From NCBI GenBank assembly GCA_024277355.1, contig JAJRVL010000004.1:480001-512000 (forward strand): a DNA stretch of 32,000 nucleotides. The letters run 5' to 3'. The stretch comes from an archaeon (GTDB lineage: Archaea; Iainarchaeota; Iainarchaeia; Iainarchaeales; 1-14-0-10-31-34). Position numbers and translations under genes: made by a program. The notes below the pieces were generated by a model. The model saw only the letters and a list, made by a program, of their open reading frames with translations, ran no database searches and was not told the DNA's origin. Positions within the stretch are counted from its first letter, which is position 1; each line of letters begins with the position of its first letter. This document shows positions 18,238 to 27,519 of this stretch, one piece after another.

Positions 18238-18777
18238 TTAATCAATTCCTTTTTCTTTTTTCAGAATATTAATAATTGAAGTAGTCCTTGAACCAGATTT
18301 ATAGAAAGGAGCAGTAGCATAAATAATCTGCCTGTCTTTAATTAACTTGTAAATTCCCTTGATTTTTTCATAATAATTTTTTTGTGTTGAATTATGAAAT
18401 GATTCAATATCACGATAAAAATGCCTTAACAATAAATTCCAGTTTCCTGAACCCATTACCGCAGAAACCATGTAAATATTGTCATCTTTTTCAACTGCAT
18501 CAAGATACTGCTTAAAAATTACTTTTTCTGCAAAATCAATGTGAAGCATTTCAATTACTTCTAATTTAAAACCAAATTTATGAAAATCAATTTTAGGACC
18601 AAACCCCTGCAAGACTCCATCCTTTAACAAAAAGTCCACAGAAGACTTAATTGTAGCTTTGTGAAAACCAGAATAACGCTTAATTTGCCGGTTATTAGGC
18701 ACAACAGAACCTTTTTTAAGCAAGGCCTGAATGGTTTTTAATCTAACAACATCATCAGCTTTAATATGAATAGCCAT
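18238..18777 (-). CDS. Lrp/AsnC-like or HTH transcriptional regulator
   Basis: N-terminal HTH (NNRQIKRYSGFHKATIKSSVDFLLKDGVLQGFGPKIDFHKFGF), then a region resembling a RAM domain. The next gene downstream starts with no gap. Confidence 0.6.
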   Translation of the reverse strand: MAIHIKADDVVRLKTIQALLKKGSVVPNNRQIKRYSGFHKATIKSSVDFLLKDGVLQGFGPKIDFHKFGFKLEVIEMLHIDFAEKVIFKQYLDAVEKDDNIYMVSAVMGSGNWNLLLRHFYRDIESFHNSTQKNYYEKIKGIYKLIKDRQIIYATAPFYKSGSRTTSIINILKKEKGID

Positions 18778-18939
18778 AAAATAATCACTATACTATTTAA
18801 ACAACAAAAAAGTATTTAAGTGTATTATATTGTACAGTATCATTTGTATAATCTATATATACTCTTACATCGTGTTAATAATGTTAAAAAGACAAAAATC
18901 CATCGGAGGGATTCAATTCTAGAGAGAAAAAATATAACG

Positions 18940-19005
18940 AAAAAAAAAGAGGTAGGGGAATAGGCTCACCAGGCCAATCTGGTTTCTTAAAAGATTCCCC
19001 CCTCT
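18940..19005 (-). ncRNA. GC-rich hairpin followed by T9 on the minus strand: candidate topA terminator or part of a structured RNA
   Basis: 12-bp bulged stem (18948..18952 + 18955..18961 with 18994..19005) enclosing ACCAG-GCCAAT-CTGGT (18968..18983). Nine consecutive T on the minus strand immediately after the stem. Confidence 0.4.
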
Positions 19006-19047
19006 CTAAAAAATCTATTTTTGTTTTTGATTTAAAAATTAGCTGAA

Positions 19048-21165
19048 TTATTTTGTTTTAGGTTTAGCTTTTGTTTTGGTTTTAGTTGTTGTTTTAGTTT
19101 TTTCTTTTTTAAGTTTTTCTTGTTCTTTTAATTCATTTTTTTTCTGCATTGATTTCTTCCATTCATCTTTTGACGGACAATCAGGATCAATACACATATT
19201 AAATCTGAATCTTTTGCCTTGAACTGAAATCATCGGCATACTGCATATTTTACATAAGTCATCTGTTGGATTAACTTTTCCTTTTTGAGGCAAAGGATAA
19301 GAATTAGTACAGTTAGGATAAGCAGTACATCCTAAAAAATATTTTTTATTTCTGCTTAAAATAATTCTTAATTCACCTTTTTCACATTTAGGGCATTTGC
19401 CTACAATTCTATCTTCACTTAATCCTGCTTTAATTTCATTTCCAATTAATAATTTGTGTTCAAATAAATCTTTCAGAATAACCAGCAATAAATCTCTTGA
19501 ATGTTCTACTACTTCTTCTTTTGATTTCTTTTTAGCAGAAATTAAATTCATTTCTTCTTCTACTTCTGAAGTCATTTCAGGATCAATTACTTTTTTTGAA
19601 TATTTTTCTAATACATCAGTTACAGCAAAAGCAACATTAGTTGGTTCAATTGCTTTTGCTCCAACAATATATTTTCTTGCATAAAGTTTCTGAATAATAT
19701 TATGTCTTGTAGATTTAGTTCCTAAATTTAAGTCTTCCATTAATTTCAGTAAAGCTCCCTGCGAATATCTTGAAGGAGGCTGAGTTTCTTTTTCAATTAA
19801 ATCCATTTTTTTTACGTCAGCTTTGTTTCCTTCTTCAAGTTTTGGCAGTAAAACTTCTTTAATTGAAGAATAATGATAAAATTCTTTCCAGCCTAATTTT
19901 AAAATTCTCTGTCCATTTGAAACAAATAAGTCTTTTTCTAAATCAAATTCAATACTTAAGTTTTCTGTTTCAGCATTCTCGCTTAAAGTAGCATAAAATC
20001 TTCTTACAATTAATTCATAAATTTTAAAACTTCTGTCTCCTAATTTTCCTTTGTCTCCTGCTGTAACAGGGTGAATCGGCGGGTGATCTTTTGTTTCTTT
20101 TCCAAAAGAAGGAATTAATTTGTCAGGAAGTTTTTTAGCTAAAGCAGAAAATTCTTTTACTTTAGCTGTTTCTTCAACTAATTTTTTTAAATCTAAAGTT
20201 GCAGGATATTTTGTGTTGTCTGTTCTTGGATAAGAAATATATCCCTGCTGATATAAGGTTTCAGATATACTCATTGCCTGCCCTGCACTAAAACCAATTG
20301 AAGTTGCAGCCCTGAGAAATGAAGTAGTGTTAAAAGGAATAGGCTTTGAAATACTTCTGTGTTTTTTTTGTACTCTTAAAACAACTGCTTTTTTTGCTTT
20401 TTTATTTAAAATTTTTTCTGCTGTTTTTTTATCTTTAAATTTTCCTTGTTTTGGAGCTGCTTCAAACTGAATTTTATCTTTTTCTAATATTGCTTTTATT
20501 TCCCAGAATTTTTCTGACTTAAAGGCTTTTCTTTCTTTTTCTCGTTTTACAATTAAATATAACACAGGACTTTGAACTCTTCCTACACTTAAAAAACTTT
20601 TTCCCATTTTATTTGATACAATTGAAATAAATCTTGTTAAAACCGCCCCCCAAATTAAATCTATTTCTCTTCTTGCATTAGCTGAATCAGCAAAAGCATA
20701 ATCTATTTCACTTAAATCAGAAAAAGAAGAATTAATGTCTTTTGGAGTCATAGCAGAAAATAATGCTCTTTTAATTTTAATTTTTGGATTGCCTTTTTTA
20801 ATGTAATCCAATGCTTCTACTCCAATGCTTTCTCCTTCTCTGTCAGCATCAGTTGCAATGATTACTTCAGAGAAATCTTTTGCTTTTTTTTCAAGCAAAT
20901 CAGTTATTGCTTTTTCTGAAGAAACATATTCAACTTCAACTTTAGCCAGTTTTCTTAAATCAGTGCCCATCCAGTAATTATATTTTTTTGGGAAATCAAT
21001 GTCTTCAATATGACCTCTTAAAGGAATAACAAAAGTTTTTTCTCCATTAAAATCAAATTCAAATAATTGAGCTTTATTTTCAATTAAAGACTTTGCTTTT
21101 CCTTTACCTAAAATTTCTGAAATTCTTTTTCCTGCAATGGATTTTTCTGACACAATAAGTTTCAA
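19048..21165 (-). CDS. topA: DNA topoisomerase I (type IA)
   Basis: MKLIVSEKSIAGKRISEILG, IIATDADREGE, SVGRVQSPVL, GYISYPRTDNTKYP active-site Tyr, C-terminal CxxC zinc fingers (CPKCEKGELRIILSRNKKYFLGCTAYPNC; CKICSMPM…CIDPDC), K/T-rich tail. Confidence 0.96.
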   Translation of the reverse strand: MKLIVSEKSIAGKRISEILGKGKAKSLIENKAQLFEFDFNGEKTFVIPLRGHIEDIDFPKKYNYWMGTDLRKLAKVEVEYVSSEKAITDLLEKKAKDFSEVIIATDADREGESIGVEALDYIKKGNPKIKIKRALFSAMTPKDINSSFSDLSEIDYAFADSANARREIDLIWGAVLTRFISIVSNKMGKSFLSVGRVQSPVLYLIVKREKERKAFKSEKFWEIKAILEKDKIQFEAAPKQGKFKDKKTAEKILNKKAKKAVVLRVQKKHRSISKPIPFNTTSFLRAATSIGFSAGQAMSISETLYQQGYISYPRTDNTKYPATLDLKKLVEETAKVKEFSALAKKLPDKLIPSFGKETKDHPPIHPVTAGDKGKLGDRSFKIYELIVRRFYATLSENAETENLSIEFDLEKDLFVSNGQRILKLGWKEFYHYSSIKEVLLPKLEEGNKADVKKMDLIEKETQPPSRYSQGALLKLMEDLNLGTKSTRHNIIQKLYARKYIVGAKAIEPTNVAFAVTDVLEKYSKKVIDPEMTSEVEEEMNLISAKKKSKEEVVEHSRDLLLVILKDLFEHKLLIGNEIKAGLSEDRIVGKCPKCEKGELRIILSRNKKYFLGCTAYPNCTNSYPLPQKGKVNPTDDLCKICSMPMISVQGKRFRFNMCIDPDCPSKDEWKKSMQKKNELKEQEKLKKEKTKTTTKTKTKAKPKTK

Positions 21166-21210
21166 TTAAACCACTCTGTTAATTGTTAAACAAAAAAGAA
21201 TTTAAAGAGA

Positions 21211-21690
21211 TTAAAGTTTTTTCTGGAGAGATTGAGTCGGAAGAGCACTTGTTTTTTTTAATTCGCTTAAAACTAATTGAGTTTTAATATCTGAAATTCC
21301 ATCAATTAAACCTAAATCATTAATAAATCTTTCAGCTTCCTCTAAACTTGGAACAATTATTTTTGCAATTAAATTATATTCACCTAAAACCTGATGCAAT
21401 TCAATAATATAATCAAATGAAATTAATTTTTTCACTAAATCTTTGTGTTTTCCCATGTCAGTTCTCATTTGAACAAAAATTGGGTTTTCATAACCTAAAA
21501 CTTTATAATTTAAATTTGCTTCAATAGAAGAAATAACTCCTTTTTTGATTAAAGATTCAACTCTTTTTTTTATTGCAACATCAGTTAATTTTGCTTCTTT
21601 TGCAATTGAACTAAACGAAGATCTTCCATCATCCAGCAATTTCTGAATTATCTTTAAATCAATTCTATCAAGGCTGACTGCATTAGACAT
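21211..21690 (-). CDS. Lrp/AsnC family transcriptional regulator
   Basis: LDRIDLKIIQKLLDDGRSSFSSIAKEAKLTDVAIKKRVESLIKKGVISSIEANLNYKVLGY, then a RAM domain (…HQVLGEYNLIAKIIVPSLEEAERFINDLGLIDGISDIKTQLVLSELKK). Confidence 0.93.
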   Translation of the reverse strand: MSNAVSLDRIDLKIIQKLLDDGRSSFSSIAKEAKLTDVAIKKRVESLIKKGVISSIEANLNYKVLGYENPIFVQMRTDMGKHKDLVKKLISFDYIIELHQVLGEYNLIAKIIVPSLEEAERFINDLGLIDGISDIKTQLVLSELKKTSALPTQSLQKKL

Positions 21691-21791
21691 AATTAATAAA
21701 ACTAAACAAAAAAGTATAAAAGGTTAAGTTATCTAACAAGAATTCTTTTGAATGGGTCGTTCTTTAAAACATTTTTTAGTAAAATTTAGTT

Positions 21792-23345
21792 ATGGATTCA
21801 GTAATCAAACCTTTAGTGCAAAAAATTGCGTTTGAATGCGAAGAAGCAGGAGCAACCAAATGGAATTTAATTAAAATAATAAAAGAATTAAATTCAATGG
21901 AAACTCAAAGCGAAACAAAACTAAAAGAAAAAGCAATTGAACTGTTAAAAGAATTAAACCCTAAAGCAGCTGAAACTTATTCTTCTTTTGAAAAAATGAT
22001 TGTATTTACTTCTAAACAAAAAACTGAACCCTTTGACAGAGGAAACATAACTAAATCATTATTAAAAGAAACAAAAATTAAAAGAGGGTTAGCTGAAAAA
22101 ATTTCATCTGAAGTAGAAGAAAAAATAAAAGACTTAAAAATAGGAGAAATTACAACTTCACTGATAAGAGAAATGGTTTGTGTTGAACTTCTTGAATTAG
22201 GAATGGAAGACATCCATAATGAATATACAAGAGTAGGCATGCCTATATTTGAAGTTAAAAAAACAAAAAACTATGAAAAAGAAGTTTTAACTGAATTCAA
22301 TTTAATTTCAAAGATTCCAAAAAAAGCAAAAGAACTGCATTTTAAGTCAACAATTTATATTCCTTTTATTGAAGATTTTTCTTCAAAAGCTTTTTCATGG
22401 AATATTGCATTAAAAGAAAAAAATGATTCAGCAGAAAATATTATTCTTGAAATCTTAAAAGAAGTACAGGAAAAAAGCAGTTTTTTTTCTTCTTCAGTGT
22501 GCATTAATTACATTAATTTTTGTTTAAGCAGACCATTAGAAAAAAAAAGCAAACAAAAAATAAAAGAATTAATTGACTTTTTCTTTAAGGCAAGTTCATT
22601 AATCAAAAAAAGATTTTGTGTTACAATTTCATTGTTTTCTCCCGAAGAATCAAACTACAAGGCAAACAAAAAAAACATCTGGTTTTTTTCAAACGAATTC
22701 ATAAAGAAATTCAATGAACAAAAAAAAGAATTAAATTTTGATTTAATTATATGTCTTGAAAACAAATTCCAGTTAAAATTAGTTGACAAAAACGTTTTTG
22801 AAAATGAAATTCATTTCTTAAATCTTAAAAATAATAATTTAAAGGCACAAGAAAAAGGATTATACATAAAAAGTACTGGGATTTTTTCTTTAAGCGAAAT
22901 AAACATTGAAAAATTATTTATTGAATCAAGAAGCAATGTAAAAAAATTAATGGAATTAATTGAAGAAACAGTTTTTTCAGTAAATGAATTAAATGAAATC
23001 AAAGAAAAAGAACTAAAAGAAAAAGATATTTCAAAATTAAAAAAATGTATTTTATTATACGGAGTAGATTCAGGTGCATTAATTTTCACTGACAACAAAG
23101 CAGAAGCAAAAAGCATTGCAAGAAGAGTAAGAGAAAAAGTAAGAAAAAATTCATGGAATTCAGTTGTATTAAGAAGCTTTAATTCCATTAAAGCAAAAAA
23201 AAGATTTGACGAAGAAAATTCAAAATATAATATTAAAACAGAAGAAAAAGAATTAAGAACAACAAGTTTTGCAATAGCAAAAACAAAAAAAGAATTAGAA
23301 GAATTAATTGAAAAAAATTACGAATACATTGAACTTAAACCTTAA
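21792..23345 (+). CDS. ATP-cone domain protein resembling the N-terminus of class III ribonucleotide reductase (NrdD), without catalytic glycyl-radical region
   Basis: IVFTSKQKTEPFDRGNITKSLLKETKIKRGLAEKISSEVEEKIKDLKIGEITTSLIREMVCVELLELGMEDIHNEYTRVGMPIFEV. No C-terminal RxxGY-type or CxxC motifs. Confidence 0.7.
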   Translation: MDSVIKPLVQKIAFECEEAGATKWNLIKIIKELNSMETQSETKLKEKAIELLKELNPKAAETYSSFEKMIVFTSKQKTEPFDRGNITKSLLKETKIKRGLAEKISSEVEEKIKDLKIGEITTSLIREMVCVELLELGMEDIHNEYTRVGMPIFEVKKTKNYEKEVLTEFNLISKIPKKAKELHFKSTIYIPFIEDFSSKAFSWNIALKEKNDSAENIILEILKEVQEKSSFFSSSVCINYINFCLSRPLEKKSKQKIKELIDFFFKASSLIKKRFCVTISLFSPEESNYKANKKNIWFFSNEFIKKFNEQKKELNFDLIICLENKFQLKLVDKNVFENEIHFLNLKNNNLKAQEKGLYIKSTGIFSLSEINIEKLFIESRSNVKKLMELIEETVFSVNELNEIKEKELKEKDISKLKKCILLYGVDSGALIFTDNKAEAKSIARRVREKVRKNSWNSVVLRSFNSIKAKKRFDEENSKYNIKTEEKELRTTSFAIAKTKKELEELIEKNYEYIELKP

Positions 23346-24076
23346 TCTTTATCAAACAAAGCTAAACCAAATTTTTTCATATATAACCTTGTTTTAACTA
23401 TTTCAATAAAAGGCACAACAAAAAATAAAACAATAAACAAAGAAACATAATTTCCAATTAAAAAAACAAAATCAAAAATAAATTCAATTAAAGGAATAAT
23501 TAACAAAAACAATACTCCCATGAAAATCACTTTAACAACAGTCAAAGGATTTTTAATTAAAAACTCAAAACTATTTTCAATACTATGCACTATTTTATTT
23601 TCATCAACTACAATGCTTTGAGGAACAAACAAAAGAACAACAGAAACAATAAATAAAATTAAATTAATTAAAAGCAAAGGAGCATTAAAAAAAACCATTA
23701 AAGAATAAAATAAATAAAAAACAACAAAATACAAAACAAAAAATAAAGATAAAGTAAAACCAAACTTATGTAATTTTTCAGTTAAGTAATAATTCATTCT
23801 TACTTTGTTTAATTTAGTTCTAATATTAAAAATAAGAAAAGAAACAAACAAAGAATAAAAAACCAAAAAAACCATTATTGCAATTAATTCAATTAATAAA
23901 ACAACTGAATCAACTAAAAATAATTCATATTCAATAAAAATGCTTCCTGAACCTAAAAAAATATTTTCAAATAAAGCAAAAAAAGAAAAAATTAAAAGTA
24001 CTCCAAACAATAAATTCATTCTGAAATTTTCCAGATAATCCCTTAAAGCAAGCTGTAAAACCACTAAAAACCCCAT
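23342..24076 (-). CDS. Multi-pass membrane protein, unknown function
   Basis: 244 aa, about six hydrophobic segments. 4-nt convergent overlap with the ATP-cone gene. Confidence 0.6.
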   Translation of the reverse strand: MGFLVVLQLALRDYLENFRMNLLFGVLLIFSFFALFENIFLGSGSIFIEYELFLVDSVVLLIELIAIMVFLVFYSLFVSFLIFNIRTKLNKVRMNYYLTEKLHKFGFTLSLFFVLYFVVFYLFYSLMVFFNAPLLLINLILFIVSVVLLFVPQSIVVDENKIVHSIENSFEFLIKNPLTVVKVIFMGVLFLLIIPLIEFIFDFVFLIGNYVSLFIVLFFVVPFIEIVKTRLYMKKFGLALFDKD

Positions 24077-24157
24077 TAAATCCTGATAAAAACAGTTTAA
24101 ATGTTTATTCCTAAAAAAAGGGAAAAAATAAATAAGGGAAAGACTAAATAATATTAA

Positions 24158-25786
24158 ATGAATAAAAAAATTTTAGTTTTCTTTACATTACTTTTGTTTT
24201 TCAATTTAGTAAATGCAGTATTAATTATTCCTCCAAGTCTTTCAATAACATGGAGTCAGCCTTCAAGTTCTACAACAATAATAGGAAAATATGGACCAAA
24301 CCTTTTAGTAATCCCAAAAATTTATTGTAATGACGGGCCATGCAACGACATGCAAGGAATACTAGAATATTGCCTTGGAGATTCATGCACTAATTATCAA
24401 ACAATGTGTTATGGAAGCGCATCAACCTGCAGCACTGAACCAGTATATGTTACAATATCTTCAAACACATATAAACAAAATCCATGCACTCCAAAAGATA
24501 GTTTAAGCGGATATTATTATTGCTGGTGGGATCTAAGCGCAAATTATCCTTCTTATTATGGACAAACAATCGAATTAAGAGTTAAAGCAACTGCTTCAAA
24601 TGTAACAAATGATGCATATCTTACAGGAAGAGAATATTATGTTGATTCACCAACCACAGTTACATTAAACCAGCCTTCAAGTAATGTCTCAAAAGAAAAA
24701 GGAGAAACATTAACAATTAACTGGACTACAAAAAACGACCCAGAAGGAGACAACCAACGTTCAAGAATCTATTACAACCCTTCAGCATACTGCACTCCAA
24801 TAGTAAACCCAATAACATACGGGACAGTAGAAATTTATGACTCTGCAGGTTTTCAGTCTGAAGGAACATATTCTTATGACTGGACTATCCCTAATGACAT
24901 AACTGCAGGAGAATACTGCGTTTTTGTTCAAGCAAACTACGTAGCAGACGCAGTTTCAACCGTACAAAGAATAACAATAACTGATCCTCCGTCTATTTCA
25001 ATTAGTTCCCCTCAAAACAATAATGTTTTTGTTATTGGTTCAGAAATAAATTTTACTGCAAATGTTTTTGATGCAGGTTTAAATTATACTGTTGAATGGG
25101 ATTCAAATAAAGATTTAGACTGGAAATCCACAAACGAAAATTTTAGTTATTCAGGTTTAAGCATCGGCGACCACAAGATTACTTTAACAGGATTTTTTGA
25201 TAAAAGCGGAAACATTACCACTAAAACAGACTCAGTTCAAATAAGCGTTGTACCTATTTCAACTGATGTTCTTGGAATAAGATATTTTGAAATATATGAA
25301 CCAGCAGACAAAATACTTCAAACTACTTCAATCAGAATACTTGCTAAAACCAAAATAGATAATTTTACTGCAACAGACAAAAATGTGGATTTAAATGTTA
25401 CTTTAATTAATGCAGAAACAGGACAAAGAGCAGTTGACAGAATAACAGGAATTCCTTATGAACCATTTAATGAAAAAGCATTAGTTCCTGCATACAGTTA
25501 CGTACAAATTAGCAATTATATTGGTTTAATAAAATTAAATGAAGGAAACTATAAATTAGTCGTAGATATAAGCGAATACCAGCCGGAACAAAACACTGCA
25601 AACAATCATTTAACTGAAATAGTTACAGTAACAAAAGCCGTTGAAGAAATTAAGTTAAGCGAAATAGAAGTAATAATTCTTCCAGTAATAATCCTCTTAA
25701 TTTTATTGATTATAAATAAAGAAAAAATAACTGAATTAATCAAAAAAAAAGATTTAACTGCAAAAAAGAAAAATAATAATAAATAA
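24158..25786 (+). CDS. Secreted/surface protein with Cys-rich N-terminal domain, Ig-like repeats and C-terminal membrane anchor
   Basis: Signal peptide MNKKILVFFTLLLFFNLVNA. CNDGPCNDMQGILEYCLGDSCTNYQTMCYGSASTC. Beta-rich repeats. C-terminal TM VIILPVIILLILLII plus KKKNNNK tail. Confidence 0.75.
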   Translation: MNKKILVFFTLLLFFNLVNAVLIIPPSLSITWSQPSSSTTIIGKYGPNLLVIPKIYCNDGPCNDMQGILEYCLGDSCTNYQTMCYGSASTCSTEPVYVTISSNTYKQNPCTPKDSLSGYYYCWWDLSANYPSYYGQTIELRVKATASNVTNDAYLTGREYYVDSPTTVTLNQPSSNVSKEKGETLTINWTTKNDPEGDNQRSRIYYNPSAYCTPIVNPITYGTVEIYDSAGFQSEGTYSYDWTIPNDITAGEYCVFVQANYVADAVSTVQRITITDPPSISISSPQNNNVFVIGSEINFTANVFDAGLNYTVEWDSNKDLDWKSTNENFSYSGLSIGDHKITLTGFFDKSGNITTKTDSVQISVVPISTDVLGIRYFEIYEPADKILQTTSIRILAKTKIDNFTATDKNVDLNVTLINAETGQRAVDRITGIPYEPFNEKALVPAYSYVQISNYIGLIKLNEGNYKLVVDISEYQPEQNTANNHLTEIVTVTKAVEEIKLSEIEVIILPVIILLILLIINKEKITELIKKKDLTAKKKNNNK

Positions 25787-25901
25787 AAAAAAGCAGTTAA
25801 AAAAAATGAATTAATTCAAACTACTGTTAAAAAAAAAGAAAAAATGAATTAATTAAAATACTAATAATAAAATAAAAAATTAATTTGAATAATTAATTAG
25901 T

Positions 25902-26474
25902 TTATTCAGATTTTTCTTCTGTTGGTTTTTCTTTTGTTTCTTCTTTAACTTCTTTTTTTGATTTTACTGCAATAGCTTGTTTTCTGTTTTCTTCTAAAGC
26001 AGATTCAGAAACTCTCTGCATTACTTTATATGAAATCCATCCAGTTAAACCTGAAAAAATAAAAACCAAAAAAGCGTCATTTCGCAATACACTCCAAAAA
26101 TCAAATAAATCTCCTGGATTAATTATTCTGCCTTGAGAAGCAGCAAGAGAAGCAAGATTAGAAAAATACCAGTATAACTGGACATAAAAAGCCATAAAAG
26201 ATAAAACAACAAAAAGCAAAGGAAAAAAAACTGAATAACCAAAATCAGACTTAAAATAATCATTAATCCAGTCAATTAAAAAATAAATAAAGAAAAAACC
26301 AACAAAAGGCATTAAGAAAAAAGTGTAATCCAGCATACTTGGATTTAAAGTAAAACCCCATTCATGCAAAGCCATTTCAGGACTTAAAGCTTTAGTTATT
26401 GCAGGCAAAAAATACAATAAAATATAAGAAACTGCAAATAATACAATTAATTTTATTGTGTCTCTTAAATTCAT
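25902..26474 (-). CDS. Membrane protein (190 aa) with about four TM helices and charged C-terminus
   Basis: Hydrophobic segments LIVLFAVSYILLYFL, FFLMPFVGFFFIYFLI, FFPLLFVVLSFMAFYVQLY, FLVFIFSGLTGWISY. Confidence 0.6.
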   Translation of the reverse strand: MNLRDTIKLIVLFAVSYILLYFLPAITKALSPEMALHEWGFTLNPSMLDYTFFLMPFVGFFFIYFLIDWINDYFKSDFGYSVFFPLLFVVLSFMAFYVQLYWYFSNLASLAASQGRIINPGDLFDFWSVLRNDAFLVFIFSGLTGWISYKVMQRVSESALEENRKQAIAVKSKKEVKEETKEKPTEEKSE

Positions 26475-26553
26475 TTAACTCACTTTATTAGATTATTAAA
26501 AAATCTTTGTTCACAATTAATTTAAAACAATTGCTTTTCAGAAAGTTTTGTAT

Positions 26554-27519
26554 ATGACTGAAAATGGATTACCTTGGGTAGAAAAATACAGGCCAAAAAA
26601 ATTAAGTGAAGTTGCAGGACAAGAAGAAATAACCAAAAGACTTAAGTCTTATGTTCAAAACAAGTCTTTGCCTAACTTAATGTTTTCCGGCCCTGCAGGA
26701 ATTGGAAAAACAAGTTCTTCTGTTGCTTTAGCAAAAGAATTATACTTAGAAGGATTTGAAAGAAATTTCTTGGAATTAAATGCATCAGACGAAAGAGGAA
26801 TTGATGTAGTTAGAAAAACCATCAAAGACTTTGCAAGAACAATGGCTTTTGATGCAGACTTTAAAATAATTTTCTTAGATGAAGCAGATGCATTAACTGC
26901 TGACGCACAACAGGCTTTAAGGAGAACAATGGAAAGATTTACTAAAACATGCAGATTTGTTTTATCCTGTAATTATTCTTCAAGAATAATCGAACCATTA
27001 CAATCAAGATGTGTTATTTTCAGGTTCAGACCTCTTGACCCAAAAGACATTGAAAACAAATTAAAAGAAATAGCAAAAAACGAAAGTTTAGATTTAAACA
27101 ATGACGCATTAAAAGCAATAAATTATGTTTCCCAAGGAGACCTAAGAAAAGCAATAAACATACTGCAGGCAAGTTCTTCAATTGAAAAAAATATTAAAGA
27201 AGCAACAATATATTCAGTTAGTTCAAAAGCCAAGCCTGAAGAAATAAAGCAGTTAATTAATCTTTCATTAGACAAAAAATTTCTTGAAGCAAGAGAAAAA
27301 CTAGATGTATTATTATATGAATTTGGAATGAGCGGAGAAGACGTCATACTACAATTATACAGAGAATTAATTGCCATGCCAGACACAGAAATAACAGGAA
27401 AAACAAAAATTGACTTAATAGAAAAAATTGGCGAAACTAATTTCAGAATTGTAGAAGGCGCAAACGAAAGAATTCAATTAGAAGCATTAATTGCACAATT
27501 CATGAAATACAAAAAATAA
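26554..27519 (+). CDS. rfcS: Replication factor C small subunit
   Basis: LPWVEKYRPKKLSEVAGQEE, MFSGPAGIGKTSSSVALAKE, FLELNASDERGIDVVR, IIFLDEADALTADAQQALRRTMERF, SCNYSSRIIEPLQSRCVIFRF. ATG at 26554. Confidence 0.97.
   Translation: MTENGLPWVEKYRPKKLSEVAGQEEITKRLKSYVQNKSLPNLMFSGPAGIGKTSSSVALAKELYLEGFERNFLELNASDERGIDVVRKTIKDFARTMAFDADFKIIFLDEADALTADAQQALRRTMERFTKTCRFVLSCNYSSRIIEPLQSRCVIFRFRPLDPKDIENKLKEIAKNESLDLNNDALKAINYVSQGDLRKAINILQASSSIEKNIKEATIYSVSSKAKPEEIKQLINLSLDKKFLEAREKLDVLLYEFGMSGEDVILQLYRELIAMPDTEITGKTKIDLIEKIGETNFRIVEGANERIQLEALIAQFMKYKK

Noticed and set aside
18895-19010. Possible tRNA, SRP RNA or RNase P RNA in the GC-rich intergenic region
   Set aside because: No cloverleaf, no GGTTCGAATCC-type T arm with matching acceptor, no SRP S-domain or RNase P core motifs; the region is also too short.
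19048-19110. Lys/Thr repeat tail of TopA (KTKTTTKTKTKAKPKTK) considered as a repeat element
   Set aside because: Simple-sequence basic tail on a nucleic-acid-binding protein; common and not evidence of a mobile or regulatory element.
25787-25901. Repeat-like poly-A/AATGAATTAATT tract between convergent genes
   Set aside because: Simple low-complexity AT sequence; two short similar words are expected at this composition.
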